Shown here piece by piece: positions 8,795 through 17,680 of a stretch of 34,032 nt of DNA; the stretch's first letter is position 1; every line of letters begins with the position of its first letter. The stretch is from Lentisphaeria bacterium (GTDB lineage Bacteria > Verrucomicrobiota > Lentisphaeria > JABSQK01 > JAWLHB01): assembly GCA_041690595.1 (NCBI GenBank), contig JAWLHB010000012.1, positions 162,785-196,816 of the forward strand. The letters are read 5' to 3'. Below the pieces are notes generated by a model, which worked only from the letters and a program-made list of their open reading frames with translations, did no database searches and had not been told where the DNA came from. Position numbers and translations under genes: made by a program.

Positions 8795-11700
8795 ATGCCG
8801 TTGCTCTCCAAATTGCACCATGCGCGACGATGCGGAATCTGTCTGCATGCATACTGGCTGCTGCTGTCGGCATTCGTTGCCGTCGCCGCGCCGGCGGAAG
8901 TCACCTTTCATCTGGCGGAAGAGTTGGGGCTGGCGCGGAAGGCCGAACCGGTCGTGATCACGGGCGCGCAACTCCTGCCTCACCTCCCGGAAGGACCTCT
9001 TCCCTGTGACCGTCTGCGCCTCCACCAGGGCGACCGCGAGATCCCCCTGCAGATCGACGAACGCGATGGCGGCCCCACCTGGGCCGAGGCGCCCAATGGC
9101 CTTCTCGATCCCGATGACCAGCTCGTCTTCCTGGCCGATCTGCCCGCCAACTCCGTCGGGAGTTGGCGCCTGGTGATGCTGGACGAGGCGACGGTTCCGT
9201 CACCGGCGGGGGAGCTTGTCGCGGAGCAGACCGACCGCGCCAAAGCAGGCTATGATGTCAAGCTCGCCAATAGTCGACTCGAGATCGGTTTGCGGACGAG
9301 CGGGATCGGCCGAAGCGAAGGTATGGTCGGCATGCTGCGGCTCGATGGCGAGCCGTTCCGCCACGTCGCCTTCCCCTACACCCAGTTTCAGCAACGGCGC
9401 GATGAAGGTTGGGAGAGCGTTCGCATCGTGGCCGCCGGCCCAGTTCGCGCCATTGCCGTGGCGCACAAGCTCCTCAAAGGTTCCTATCGACACAACGATG
9501 GCGAGTGGTCGATCACCTGGGACGACGAGGCCGACATCGATGGCGATCTCTACCGCTCCTTCACCCTCTATGCAGCTTCACCAACCCTCGATGTCGACGA
9601 CACCTTCGTCGCCAAGCGCAGCGGCGATATCTTCCTGATGAACTACAATTTCAGGCTGGATCCGCCGGTGGCGGAGGGGCAGGACTGGCAGCGCACGCGA
9701 CGCCTCCTCATTCCCCACACCGGCGGCTATCGCGCCATGGCTGACGGGCACGGCGAGCAGTCCCAGATCAAACTCGACGACGACGCGCGGGGGGCGGGAT
9801 GGATCGGGGTGCGCGATGCCGAGAGCGGCTTTGGCATGGTTCTCGCGTATGAGCCTGACGACCTCTACCAGGTCGTGGGCGCCCTGCGGCAGCCATGGCT
9901 GGAAAGGCGTGCCTTTGCCGACTCCCTGGCCACCGATCTCTTCATCGGGCGCACGGCTCCGGCGGTTCCCGGCGATGGAATGGGGCAGCTGCGCTTCAGG
10001 TTGCGCTTCCTTGGCCCGGGTGACTCGAGCGCCGTCGATCTGTGGCGGCGAGCCCAGTTTCAGTATGCGCTCCAGCATACCCTCCAGTTTGGCGAGCTTC
10101 CCGCGGGGCGAGGTTCAGCCGCGCTGGACGAGGCGGAAGCGATCCTGACGGAGTTGGAGCCCGTGCTCACCCGCCATCCAGCGTTGCTGACCATCGAAGC
10201 CCGCCAAACCCTCAAGCAGCTGAAGGACCGGCTCGATATCAGCCGGAAGATCCAAGGAAAAGGGCCGGCCATGGATCGGCTACTCGTCGATCGGGCTCGC
10301 GATATCATGGCCGACGCCAAGGCGCTCGAGAACGGCTTTGTGGCGCGTCGGCAGGCTCTGTTTGCGGGCGACAGCGGCTCCTACGGGCGAGGCTTCTCCG
10401 CTTTCATTGCCGACAGCATGACCAAACTGCATCCGGACGGCCCGCTGCCAGAAACGCCTGAACGGGAGATCTCCCTGCGCCTGGCTGGCAACGAATACGA
10501 GCCCTTTCAGGTGGCGCTGGTCAATGGGCACCTGCGCCAGACGGAACTGAACGTGACAGTCAGTGACCTGGTGAGTGCCACTGGCGCCACCCTGTCGGCG
10601 GCGGAATCGGTGCGCCGCTTTCGCGTCGGCTACGTCCCCAAGCCCGAAAGCGACGAGCCATGGCCCGACCCGCTCATCCCGCTGGCCGGGTGCCCCGATT
10701 TCGCGCCGCCGGCTGAGACGCTCTTTCCGCCGGAAGAGGACGCGCTCGGCGAACTGCCGGCCAATGACGTGACCAGCCTCTGGTTTACGGTCCACGCCCC
10801 TGCCGACACGCCCGCCGGGGAGTATCGCGGCACGATCACCGTCGCCACCGCCAGGGGAAAGCTGGAGCTGCCCATCACCGTCCAGGTCTATGGTTTCTCC
10901 CTTCCGGAGCGCTCGTCGCTGTCAGGCGATATCTGGTTTGCCAATGGCCTTTCGTTCTTGCGCTACTATGGGCGGGATGTCACTCTCGACGAGTTCGCTC
11001 CGATGGTCGAGATGCTCCGCGGCTATCGCGTCAATACCCACCTCTCGTGGCTCACCCTTTCGCCGCTGGTGAAGGTGAGCATCGATCAGGACGGTCACTA
11101 CCGCTTCGACTTCACCGAACTGGAGCCGTGGCTCGAGGTCGCGCTGAAGGAGAATCCCTGGTTCAACATCAACCTTGGTGGCGGCGCCGGCTGGACCGCA
11201 CACTACGCCGGCGTTTTCGGTCGCAGGACCCCCATCCTTGACACGCGAACCGGCGAGACCATCCGCTTCCCCGAGAAACCCATGTCCAATGAGGAGATCC
11301 TCGCCCATCCCATCTTCACCGATTTCTGGACGGCCTACACGACTCTATTCCGCGAGAAGGGGTGGATGGACCAGTGCTATATCGAGAACATCGACGAGCC
11401 GCCCTATGGACCCTCCCGCGTCGACGCCCCCCGCAACCTCTTCCTGCGCGACTTCCACGACAGGCTCCGCAAGATCGCGCCGGATCTGCGGCTCTTCAGC
11501 TATGGCACGAGTCCGGCACCGCGCATGCATCCGTGGGCGGCCCCCTATCTGGATCTCTGGGGCCCCTCCGTCTCCAGCCTGGACGAGGCGCTGACCGAGC
11601 TGCGCGAACAGCAGGTGCAGGGCAGGCCGTTCCATACCTATGTGTGCGGCGGCATGCGGCGCAAGATGGGGCTGCACACGCCCGATGTCTACATCGATCA

Positions 11701-12124
11701 ACCGGGCATCGATTTGCGCATCATTCCCTGGATGGCCTGGAGGTACGGGGCGGAAGGCGTTCTCTACTACGCCGGCAATGGCTGGGTCGGCGATCCGGCG
11801 GTGCAACTTGTGGAACAGAACCCGAGGCTCCGCTGGCCGGCAACCCCGTGGCGGCTGCATGGCGGCGCCGGTTTCGGCAATGGCTGGTTCACCTATCCCG
11901 CCCCCGCCACCATGGACATCTTTCCCAGTATCCGCCTTGAGAACATTCGCGACGGGCTGGAGGATTACGAATATCTGGCCTTGCTCCAGCGCCTCTCACC
12001 CGAGGCCGATCCCGAGGTCGCGGAGTTGGTGAAGAGCACCATGGTCTGGTCGAAGGATCCTGCCGTACTGCGTGCCAGACGCCATCAACTGGCTCTCGCC
12101 ATCGAGGCTTTGCATGAACCCTGA
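8795..12124 (+). CDS. Large secreted glycoside hydrolase-like protein (GH123/DUF4091-type C-terminal module)
   Basis: ATG at 8795 after GAGGAGG; signal-like LLLSAFVAVAAPA; LAGNEYEPFQ, WFTVHAPADTPAGEYRG, IDEP, PSIRLENIRDGLEDYEYL. Confidence 0.85.
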   Translation: MPLLSKLHHARRCGICLHAYWLLLSAFVAVAAPAEVTFHLAEELGLARKAEPVVITGAQLLPHLPEGPLPCDRLRLHQGDREIPLQIDERDGGPTWAEAPNGLLDPDDQLVFLADLPANSVGSWRLVMLDEATVPSPAGELVAEQTDRAKAGYDVKLANSRLEIGLRTSGIGRSEGMVGMLRLDGEPFRHVAFPYTQFQQRRDEGWESVRIVAAGPVRAIAVAHKLLKGSYRHNDGEWSITWDDEADIDGDLYRSFTLYAASPTLDVDDTFVAKRSGDIFLMNYNFRLDPPVAEGQDWQRTRRLLIPHTGGYRAMADGHGEQSQIKLDDDARGAGWIGVRDAESGFGMVLAYEPDDLYQVVGALRQPWLERRAFADSLATDLFIGRTAPAVPGDGMGQLRFRLRFLGPGDSSAVDLWRRAQFQYALQHTLQFGELPAGRGSAALDEAEAILTELEPVLTRHPALLTIEARQTLKQLKDRLDISRKIQGKGPAMDRLLVDRARDIMADAKALENGFVARRQALFAGDSGSYGRGFSAFIADSMTKLHPDGPLPETPEREISLRLAGNEYEPFQVALVNGHLRQTELNVTVSDLVSATGATLSAAESVRRFRVGYVPKPESDEPWPDPLIPLAGCPDFAPPAETLFPPEEDALGELPANDVTSLWFTVHAPADTPAGEYRGTITVATARGKLELPITVQVYGFSLPERSSLSGDIWFANGLSFLRYYGRDVTLDEFAPMVEMLRGYRVNTHLSWLTLSPLVKVSIDQDGHYRFDFTELEPWLEVALKENPWFNINLGGGAGWTAHYAGVFGRRTPILDTRTGETIRFPEKPMSNEEILAHPIFTDFWTAYTTLFREKGWMDQCYIENIDEPPYGPSRVDAPRNLFLRDFHDRLRKIAPDLRLFSYGTSPAPRMHPWAAPYLDLWGPSVSSLDEALTELREQQVQGRPFHTYVCGGMRRKMGLHTPDVYIDQPGIDLRIIPWMAWRYGAEGVLYYAGNGWVGDPAVQLVEQNPRLRWPATPWRLHGGAGFGNGWFTYPAPATMDIFPSIRLENIRDGLEDYEYLALLQRLSPEADPEVAELVKSTMVWSKDPAVLRARRHQLALAIEALHEP

Positions 12125-12142
12125 GAAGAAGGACTCTCTTGT

Positions 12143-15100
12143 ATGTACCGTTCCATCCTTATTGGCGCGCTCTTGTCGCTGATCGCCATGGCCGATCCCC
12201 TCTACCAAAGCAGCTTCGAGGCCGATCACCAGTGGCAGGCCACCGCCCCCGCGCTCCTCTCCCCCAATGGCCGCAACGGCAACTGCCTGCAGCTCTCGAC
12301 TTATCTCCCCGATGCCGAACAGGCGCAATGGGCCTCGCCGCGGATCCCCGTGGCCGCCGGCGGCTACACGGTCAGCGCCTGGCTCGCGCACAACCTCGCC
12401 TTCACCCAGGACATGGGCTATGGCGGTGTTCTCGCAGCGGTGATCTTCGACGCCGCCGGTAAGGAACTCAGCCGTCACGAGCTGGTCAAGATCTACCGGC
12501 CTCCCCATCGCGATATCTACGACTTCTATGCCATTCCCGAGGCTGACGGACTGCCATGGAATTTCCATGAAGCACCTCTGCGGATGCCTGAAGGTGCGGC
12601 GGCGGTCCAGCTTGTCTTCGCCTGGTCCTCCTTCACCTCCTCGTGGCGCCATACAACCGACAACGTCCGGGGGGAAGTCTATCTCGACGACATCATGATC
12701 CGCCCAGGCCTCCCCGTCGCCAACGAAGCTGACGACGTAGCCGTCGACGATGCGCTCCCCTTCCAGCTTCGCGTCAACACCCCCGTTTCCGGCAACGTCT
12801 TCCTGGTGGGGGATCCCCTCGAATTCACCGCCCGCCTCGACGGCCCGGACGGTCCTCCGCGCCCCGCCGCCGGCATGACGCTCCACTGGCGCGTGGAAGA
12901 CTTTCAGCGGCTGCTGATCGCCTCGGGGCAGCTTCCCTTCTCCGAGCCCGTCCAGAGCTGGCGCGAATCGTTGCTCAAGACCTTCTGGCTCAACGGCCGG
13001 CTCGATGATCAGGATGGACGCTGGATGGCAATCGTCGTCTCCCTGATGCAGGGCGACCAGCTGCTGGCTCGCGGCGAGGCCTCCTTTACCATCACGGCGC
13101 CGCGCCAGCTGACGACCGAGCAGATGCAGCGCAGCCACTTCTGGGGCTCAGGCCGTCCGGAACCCACCCTCAACCCGAATGCCCCATGGGGACCGTCGGT
13201 GCGCTACAATCTCGACGAAAAGCAGGCCACCTTCGGCGTCAAATCCCACGGTTGGGACCTCGACTGGAAGAAGCGGCAGCCGACAGCGGCCAGCCCGATC
13301 AGCTTTGCGGCGGACCATCCGGGCCCCGATTACCCCATGCACACAGCCAGCCAGCAGACCTTTGAGTTCCACGAGCGCCACCCGCTGCGCGAGCATTGGT
13401 TGCACTATACGCAGATCTGGGATGCCATCCCCGAGTGGGCTATTGTTCCCGGGCGGATCCGCAAGGACGGCGACTACATCGATCCCGCCGCGTATGGCGC
13501 TTATGTCGAGGCCTATGTCCGCCACACCTCCGCCACCTGGTACTACATCACCTCGCCCGAAGGTGGCTCCATCGACAAGTTTCCCAATATGGCCCGCGCC
13601 GCGTATGCCGCCGTCAAACGCGTCGATCCGCGCCTCAAGGTTGTCGCGCAGGTCGACTTTCAGAATGGGGCCGCCTATGCCACGGAACTCTGCGACAGCG
13701 GCCTCATCGACTTTACCGATGTGCTTGTCTTCGACAGCTATTCCAGCCGCATGGGCCAGGCCGTCCGCGACTTCCGCGATGTGCTCGAGCAACGCGGCAA
13801 GCAGAAGGAATACTGGATTCAGGAGTACTGCTACACGGGCAGCATGCATCAGGAAGAGCGCACCCGTCGCATGGTGGACTACGTTGTCTGGGCCTTCGCC
13901 AATGGCGTGGACAAGATCCGCTGGTACGCCAACCACTTCGAGATACCCGACATCCGCGCCCCCTTGCCCAGCACCGGCGTCGTCTTCGGCATGAACGGCA
14001 TGATCTTCGGCCAGGGCGAAAAGCTCTCTGCCGGTATGTCACACCTTCCTCCCCTGGCCCATACGCGAGGTTACGTCAAGGGCAACTACATGCCCTTCCT
14101 GCAGTGGTGCATGTACTACCAGCTTCAGCAGCATGTTGCCATCGAGCAGCTTCGCTCGAAGCTGGAGTGGGGACGTGAGATCGAGGGGGCACTCTTCGAT
14201 GGCCCCGACGGCAGCAGCGCAGCGGTGTGGCGCCCCGTCACCAGTCCCGATCTGCACATGCTTGTCGATTCCGCTGGCGTGCCCTTCACCGTCACCGACA
14301 TGTATGGGCGGCGTCGTCGGATCGTGCCCGTCGGCGGCAAGGCGCTGGTCACCATCGGCCGCGATCCCCTGCTCTTCCGTTTTGACGGCAGGCCCGCTGC
14401 CTTCACCGCCACCCCCGCCCCCTTCGAGCTGACAACCTCCGCCGCCGGAGTGGCGCCCGGCGAGAGCATCCAGATCTCCCTCGCGGTCGCCAACCTCTTC
14501 GGCCGCCCGTGGGCCGGCGAGGTCCGCCTGACGATGGACGATGCCTGGTTGGCCGAACCCGCGGTCCATTCACTGGCGCTTGCCCCCGAGGCCACCACCC
14601 AGCTCTCCTTTACCCTCACCGCGCCCGCCGATGCGACCGCCGGCGACTATCCCCTGATGCTCACCCTCAGTACCCTCGCCGGCGACATCGGCTGGCTGAC
14701 GGAGACGATCGAGGTCGCGGGTGAGCTTTCTCTCGACGTGACGGCGCAACCCTATACCAGTGAACAGCCGGCAGCGGTCAAGGTGCGGCTGCACAATCGC
14801 ACTGCCAGCCCGATAGCCGGTGAGATCAGCGCCACGGGAGATTTCGGCACTGGAATGCTCCCTCTTGCCCCCCATGCCCGGGTGGAGATCCCGCCTCGCT
14901 CCAGCAGCGAGACCCTCCTGCCCCTCGCTGACTGGGTGCCATCCATGAGCCGCGACTATGTCACCGGCGTCACCTTCACCCCGGCGCAGGGGCAGCCCCT
15001 GCACACCGAGAGTCTGCTCAGCTTCCGCGGCGTACCGCGCGCGGCCAAAGCACCGACCATCGACGGCTCCCTGGACGACTGGCCGCGCGATCGGCTGGTG

Positions 15101-15715
15101 CCGCTTCCCTTCTTCCGCGTTCATGGCCGCGGCGATGCCGCCTGGCTCGGCTTCGACTACAAGCACGACAAGATGCGCTGGAAGGGACCCGACGATGCTT
15201 CCGGCCACTTCTATACCCAGTGGGACGACGACAACCTCTACTTCGCCTTTGTCTTCACCGACGATCACCACATTCCCGGCGGCAAGGGCGTGGGCATCTG
15301 GGCCTACGATGCGCTGCACTTTCTCCTCTATCCATGGGCGGTTCAGCCGGGGTCGCTTGTGCGCGGCGTGCCCTACAAGGAGCACATCGGCCTCGACGCG
15401 GATCACCTCTCCACCTTCGACCGCTGCCAGGGTACGGTCGGCGACTGGAATATCGGCTCCGGACAGCCCGAAGGTGTACAGATCGCGGTCCGGCGGGAAG
15501 GCCAACAGGTGATCATGGAGTTCGCCGTGCCTTTCCGGCACTACGCACCCCTACAGCCGGAAGTCGGCGCCTCTTTTGCCCTCTCGCTCATGTACTACGA
15601 TCGCGATGATCCCGACGCTGTACGTGGCGACGCCATCGCCTGGTACTACGGTCAGACGAATGTCGACATCAATCCCGCCGTCTTCGGCAACTTCACACTG
15701 GCAGGTTCCCAATGA
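12143..15715 (+). CDS. Secreted multidomain clan GH-A-like hydrolase with NEW3-like Ig domain and C-terminal CBM9-like sugar-binding domain
   Basis: Signal MYRSILIGALLSLIAMA; SPEG and YWIQEY putative catalytic Glu motifs; APTIDGSLDDW...WDDDNLYFAFVFTDD...MEFAVPF (CBM9-like). Confidence 0.8.
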   Translation: MYRSILIGALLSLIAMADPLYQSSFEADHQWQATAPALLSPNGRNGNCLQLSTYLPDAEQAQWASPRIPVAAGGYTVSAWLAHNLAFTQDMGYGGVLAAVIFDAAGKELSRHELVKIYRPPHRDIYDFYAIPEADGLPWNFHEAPLRMPEGAAAVQLVFAWSSFTSSWRHTTDNVRGEVYLDDIMIRPGLPVANEADDVAVDDALPFQLRVNTPVSGNVFLVGDPLEFTARLDGPDGPPRPAAGMTLHWRVEDFQRLLIASGQLPFSEPVQSWRESLLKTFWLNGRLDDQDGRWMAIVVSLMQGDQLLARGEASFTITAPRQLTTEQMQRSHFWGSGRPEPTLNPNAPWGPSVRYNLDEKQATFGVKSHGWDLDWKKRQPTAASPISFAADHPGPDYPMHTASQQTFEFHERHPLREHWLHYTQIWDAIPEWAIVPGRIRKDGDYIDPAAYGAYVEAYVRHTSATWYYITSPEGGSIDKFPNMARAAYAAVKRVDPRLKVVAQVDFQNGAAYATELCDSGLIDFTDVLVFDSYSSRMGQAVRDFRDVLEQRGKQKEYWIQEYCYTGSMHQEERTRRMVDYVVWAFANGVDKIRWYANHFEIPDIRAPLPSTGVVFGMNGMIFGQGEKLSAGMSHLPPLAHTRGYVKGNYMPFLQWCMYYQLQQHVAIEQLRSKLEWGREIEGALFDGPDGSSAAVWRPVTSPDLHMLVDSAGVPFTVTDMYGRRRRIVPVGGKALVTIGRDPLLFRFDGRPAAFTATPAPFELTTSAAGVAPGESIQISLAVANLFGRPWAGEVRLTMDDAWLAEPAVHSLALAPEATTQLSFTLTAPADATAGDYPLMLTLSTLAGDIGWLTETIEVAGELSLDVTAQPYTSEQPAAVKVRLHNRTASPIAGEISATGDFGTGMLPLAPHARVEIPPRSSSETLLPLADWVPSMSRDYVTGVTFTPAQGQPLHTESLLSFRGVPRAAKAPTIDGSLDDWPRDRLVPLPFFRVHGRGDAAWLGFDYKHDKMRWKGPDDASGHFYTQWDDDNLYFAFVFTDDHHIPGGKGVGIWAYDALHFLLYPWAVQPGSLVRGVPYKEHIGLDADHLSTFDRCQGTVGDWNIGSGQPEGVQIAVRREGQQVIMEFAVPFRHYAPLQPEVGASFALSLMYYDRDDPDAVRGDAIAWYYGQTNVDINPAVFGNFTLAGSQ

Positions 15716-17268
15716 TCGAACGCATCTGTCTCTTTCCACCCCAGGCGGTGACGGGCGAGCTTTCCGGCAGCGGCAAGAGCCTGACCACCAAGCTTGCGTG
15801 GCAACCGCCCACCGCCAATGCCGCCGCCGCGGGCGGCTATCTGGTTGAGCGGACAAGCTGGTGGCTGGGTGACGAACCACGCAAGGAGATGCTGACGCCG
15901 GAGCCCGTCACTGGTTGTCACTTCGTCGACACGTCGGTAGTCCCCGACAAGATCAACGAGTACCGTGTCTATGCCGTTCACCCGGATTTTCACCACATTC
16001 TTTCGCCCCCCAGCTTCCCGGCGGCCATCTATGGATTCTGCTACCTGCGCTATACCGAAATGGTCGATGCTTTGCAGGATATGGCGGGCGAGAATCCCGA
16101 CATCTGCCGGCTGATCGATGCGGGGCCCGCCTCCGGCGAGAGACATCGTATCTGGTGCATGATCCTCGGCACCGACACCTCCGATCTCCCGGACAAGCCT
16201 GGACTGCTGCTCGTCGGCAATCCCCACGCCTGCGAGATCCAGGGCGTCGAAGTCTGCATGGGCATCCTTGCCGAAACCATCCGTCGCTATCGCGCCGGCG
16301 ACGCCGCGATCATGCGCCTGGTCGAGAGCCTTCAGGTGCGCGTCGTCCCCATGTACAACCCCCACGGACGCGAGGCCCATGAAAAGGGCTATTGCGGCAA
16401 TACCCGCAAGACGGCTCCCGCCAGATCCATCCCGCCGCCCGTCGATCCGCTCCGGATTCTTCACTGCTGGCAGGCTGACCTTGGCGGGGGGATCGATCCC
16501 AACCGGACCTTCGACGCCGCCTGGAGCTGCACCGGTGACGCCGCCGATCCCGCCAGCGCCGTCTATCCGGGCGAGGAGCCCTTTGCCGCGCCGGAGACCC
16601 GGGCGCTGGTCGAGATGACCCGCGCCTTGCGTCCGCAGATCTCCATCCACTATCATGGCCCCTGCAGCTATCCTCTCTATACCGATCAGTGGCCGAATGG
16701 CGACAAGGCGGTGGATACAGAGATGATCTTCGACGTGGCACGCACTTTCGCGCGACTCTCGGCGCCCACCTTCGCCGCCGAAGACCCCAATGTTTCCCCC
16801 GAGCCCCTGCCTGTCTATGGCACCTCCGGCTGGTGGTGCTACAAGGAATGGTATGGCGTCCACCTCACCCCTGAAGGCTTCTACGAACAGTTGGTCTGTG
16901 ATCCGCGCATCCTCCCCATCACCGCGTCCGAAGCCCTCGACGAGCTGGTGCCGCACAATTTCAATGCCTTCCTCGAGCTGGCCAGGCGGCTTCTGGGCGC
17001 CGGCATCGCCGTTCACGTCCGCAGTGAAGAGGGAGCTGCCCTGGTGGCGCGGGTGGAGGTGGAAGGTCACGTCGACCCGCATTGCGCACCCCAGCTCACC
17101 GACCCGACCCATGGCAGCTACTATCGTATCCTGCCCCCCGGTCCCTGTACGGTCATCGTCTCCGCGCCCGGCTATGCCGACCGGCGCTTGGATATCACCC
17201 TCGACAATGATACCTCGACGCCGCTCGACGTGGTGCTCCAGCCTCGGACGAAAGGAGAATCCCGATGA
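15712..17268 (+). CDS. M14-family zinc carboxypeptidase with N-terminal Fn3-like and C-terminal regulatory-like domains
   Basis: HACE zinc motif, VPMYNPHG, RK, GIDPNRTF, YPGEEPFAAPET, IHYH, TPEG; ATGA overlap with the upstream gene. Confidence 0.9.
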   Translation: MIERICLFPPQAVTGELSGSGKSLTTKLAWQPPTANAAAAGGYLVERTSWWLGDEPRKEMLTPEPVTGCHFVDTSVVPDKINEYRVYAVHPDFHHILSPPSFPAAIYGFCYLRYTEMVDALQDMAGENPDICRLIDAGPASGERHRIWCMILGTDTSDLPDKPGLLLVGNPHACEIQGVEVCMGILAETIRRYRAGDAAIMRLVESLQVRVVPMYNPHGREAHEKGYCGNTRKTAPARSIPPPVDPLRILHCWQADLGGGIDPNRTFDAAWSCTGDAADPASAVYPGEEPFAAPETRALVEMTRALRPQISIHYHGPCSYPLYTDQWPNGDKAVDTEMIFDVARTFARLSAPTFAAEDPNVSPEPLPVYGTSGWWCYKEWYGVHLTPEGFYEQLVCDPRILPITASEALDELVPHNFNAFLELARRLLGAGIAVHVRSEEGAALVARVEVEGHVDPHCAPQLTDPTHGSYYRILPPGPCTVIVSAPGYADRRLDITLDNDTSTPLDVVLQPRTKGESR

Positions 17269-17678
17269 AGACTACCGACGACATTCGACGGGAATTTGCC
17301 GCCGCCCGTGAAGACTACCTGAAGGACATGACCTGGCTCCGCGAGGAATTCGGCATGATTCCCGACGTTCAGGAGTACGCCATGAAAGAGATGCTCCTGG
17401 CCAGCTTTCGGGCTATCGAGGCCAACGACGTGCCGTCGCTCACCAAAGCCGTGCAGCAGTTCAAGCTCTTGCACAACGACGTCCTGGCGCACGTTACCTG
17501 GAAGATGCTGGAGCAGACAAAGCGCTGCCTGAAGGAGATTCGCGACAGCCATCCCGACGATTACAAGGCGAAGCATCAGCTCTGGCTCGATGCCTCCTGG
17601 GCCTACACCCACGGCAAAGCCTTTCAGCGCGACACCGCCGCCTACCGCACCTGCATCCAGATCCTCGCCTCCATCTGA
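17265..17678 (+). CDS. Small helical hypothetical protein
   Basis: AAGGAG RBS, ATGA overlap, native codon usage; no recognised motif. Confidence 0.8.
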   Translation: MKTTDDIRREFAAAREDYLKDMTWLREEFGMIPDVQEYAMKEMLLASFRAIEANDVPSLTKAVQQFKLLHNDVLAHVTWKMLEQTKRCLKEIRDSHPDDYKAKHQLWLDASWAYTHGKAFQRDTAAYRTCIQILASI

Positions 17679-17680
17679 GG

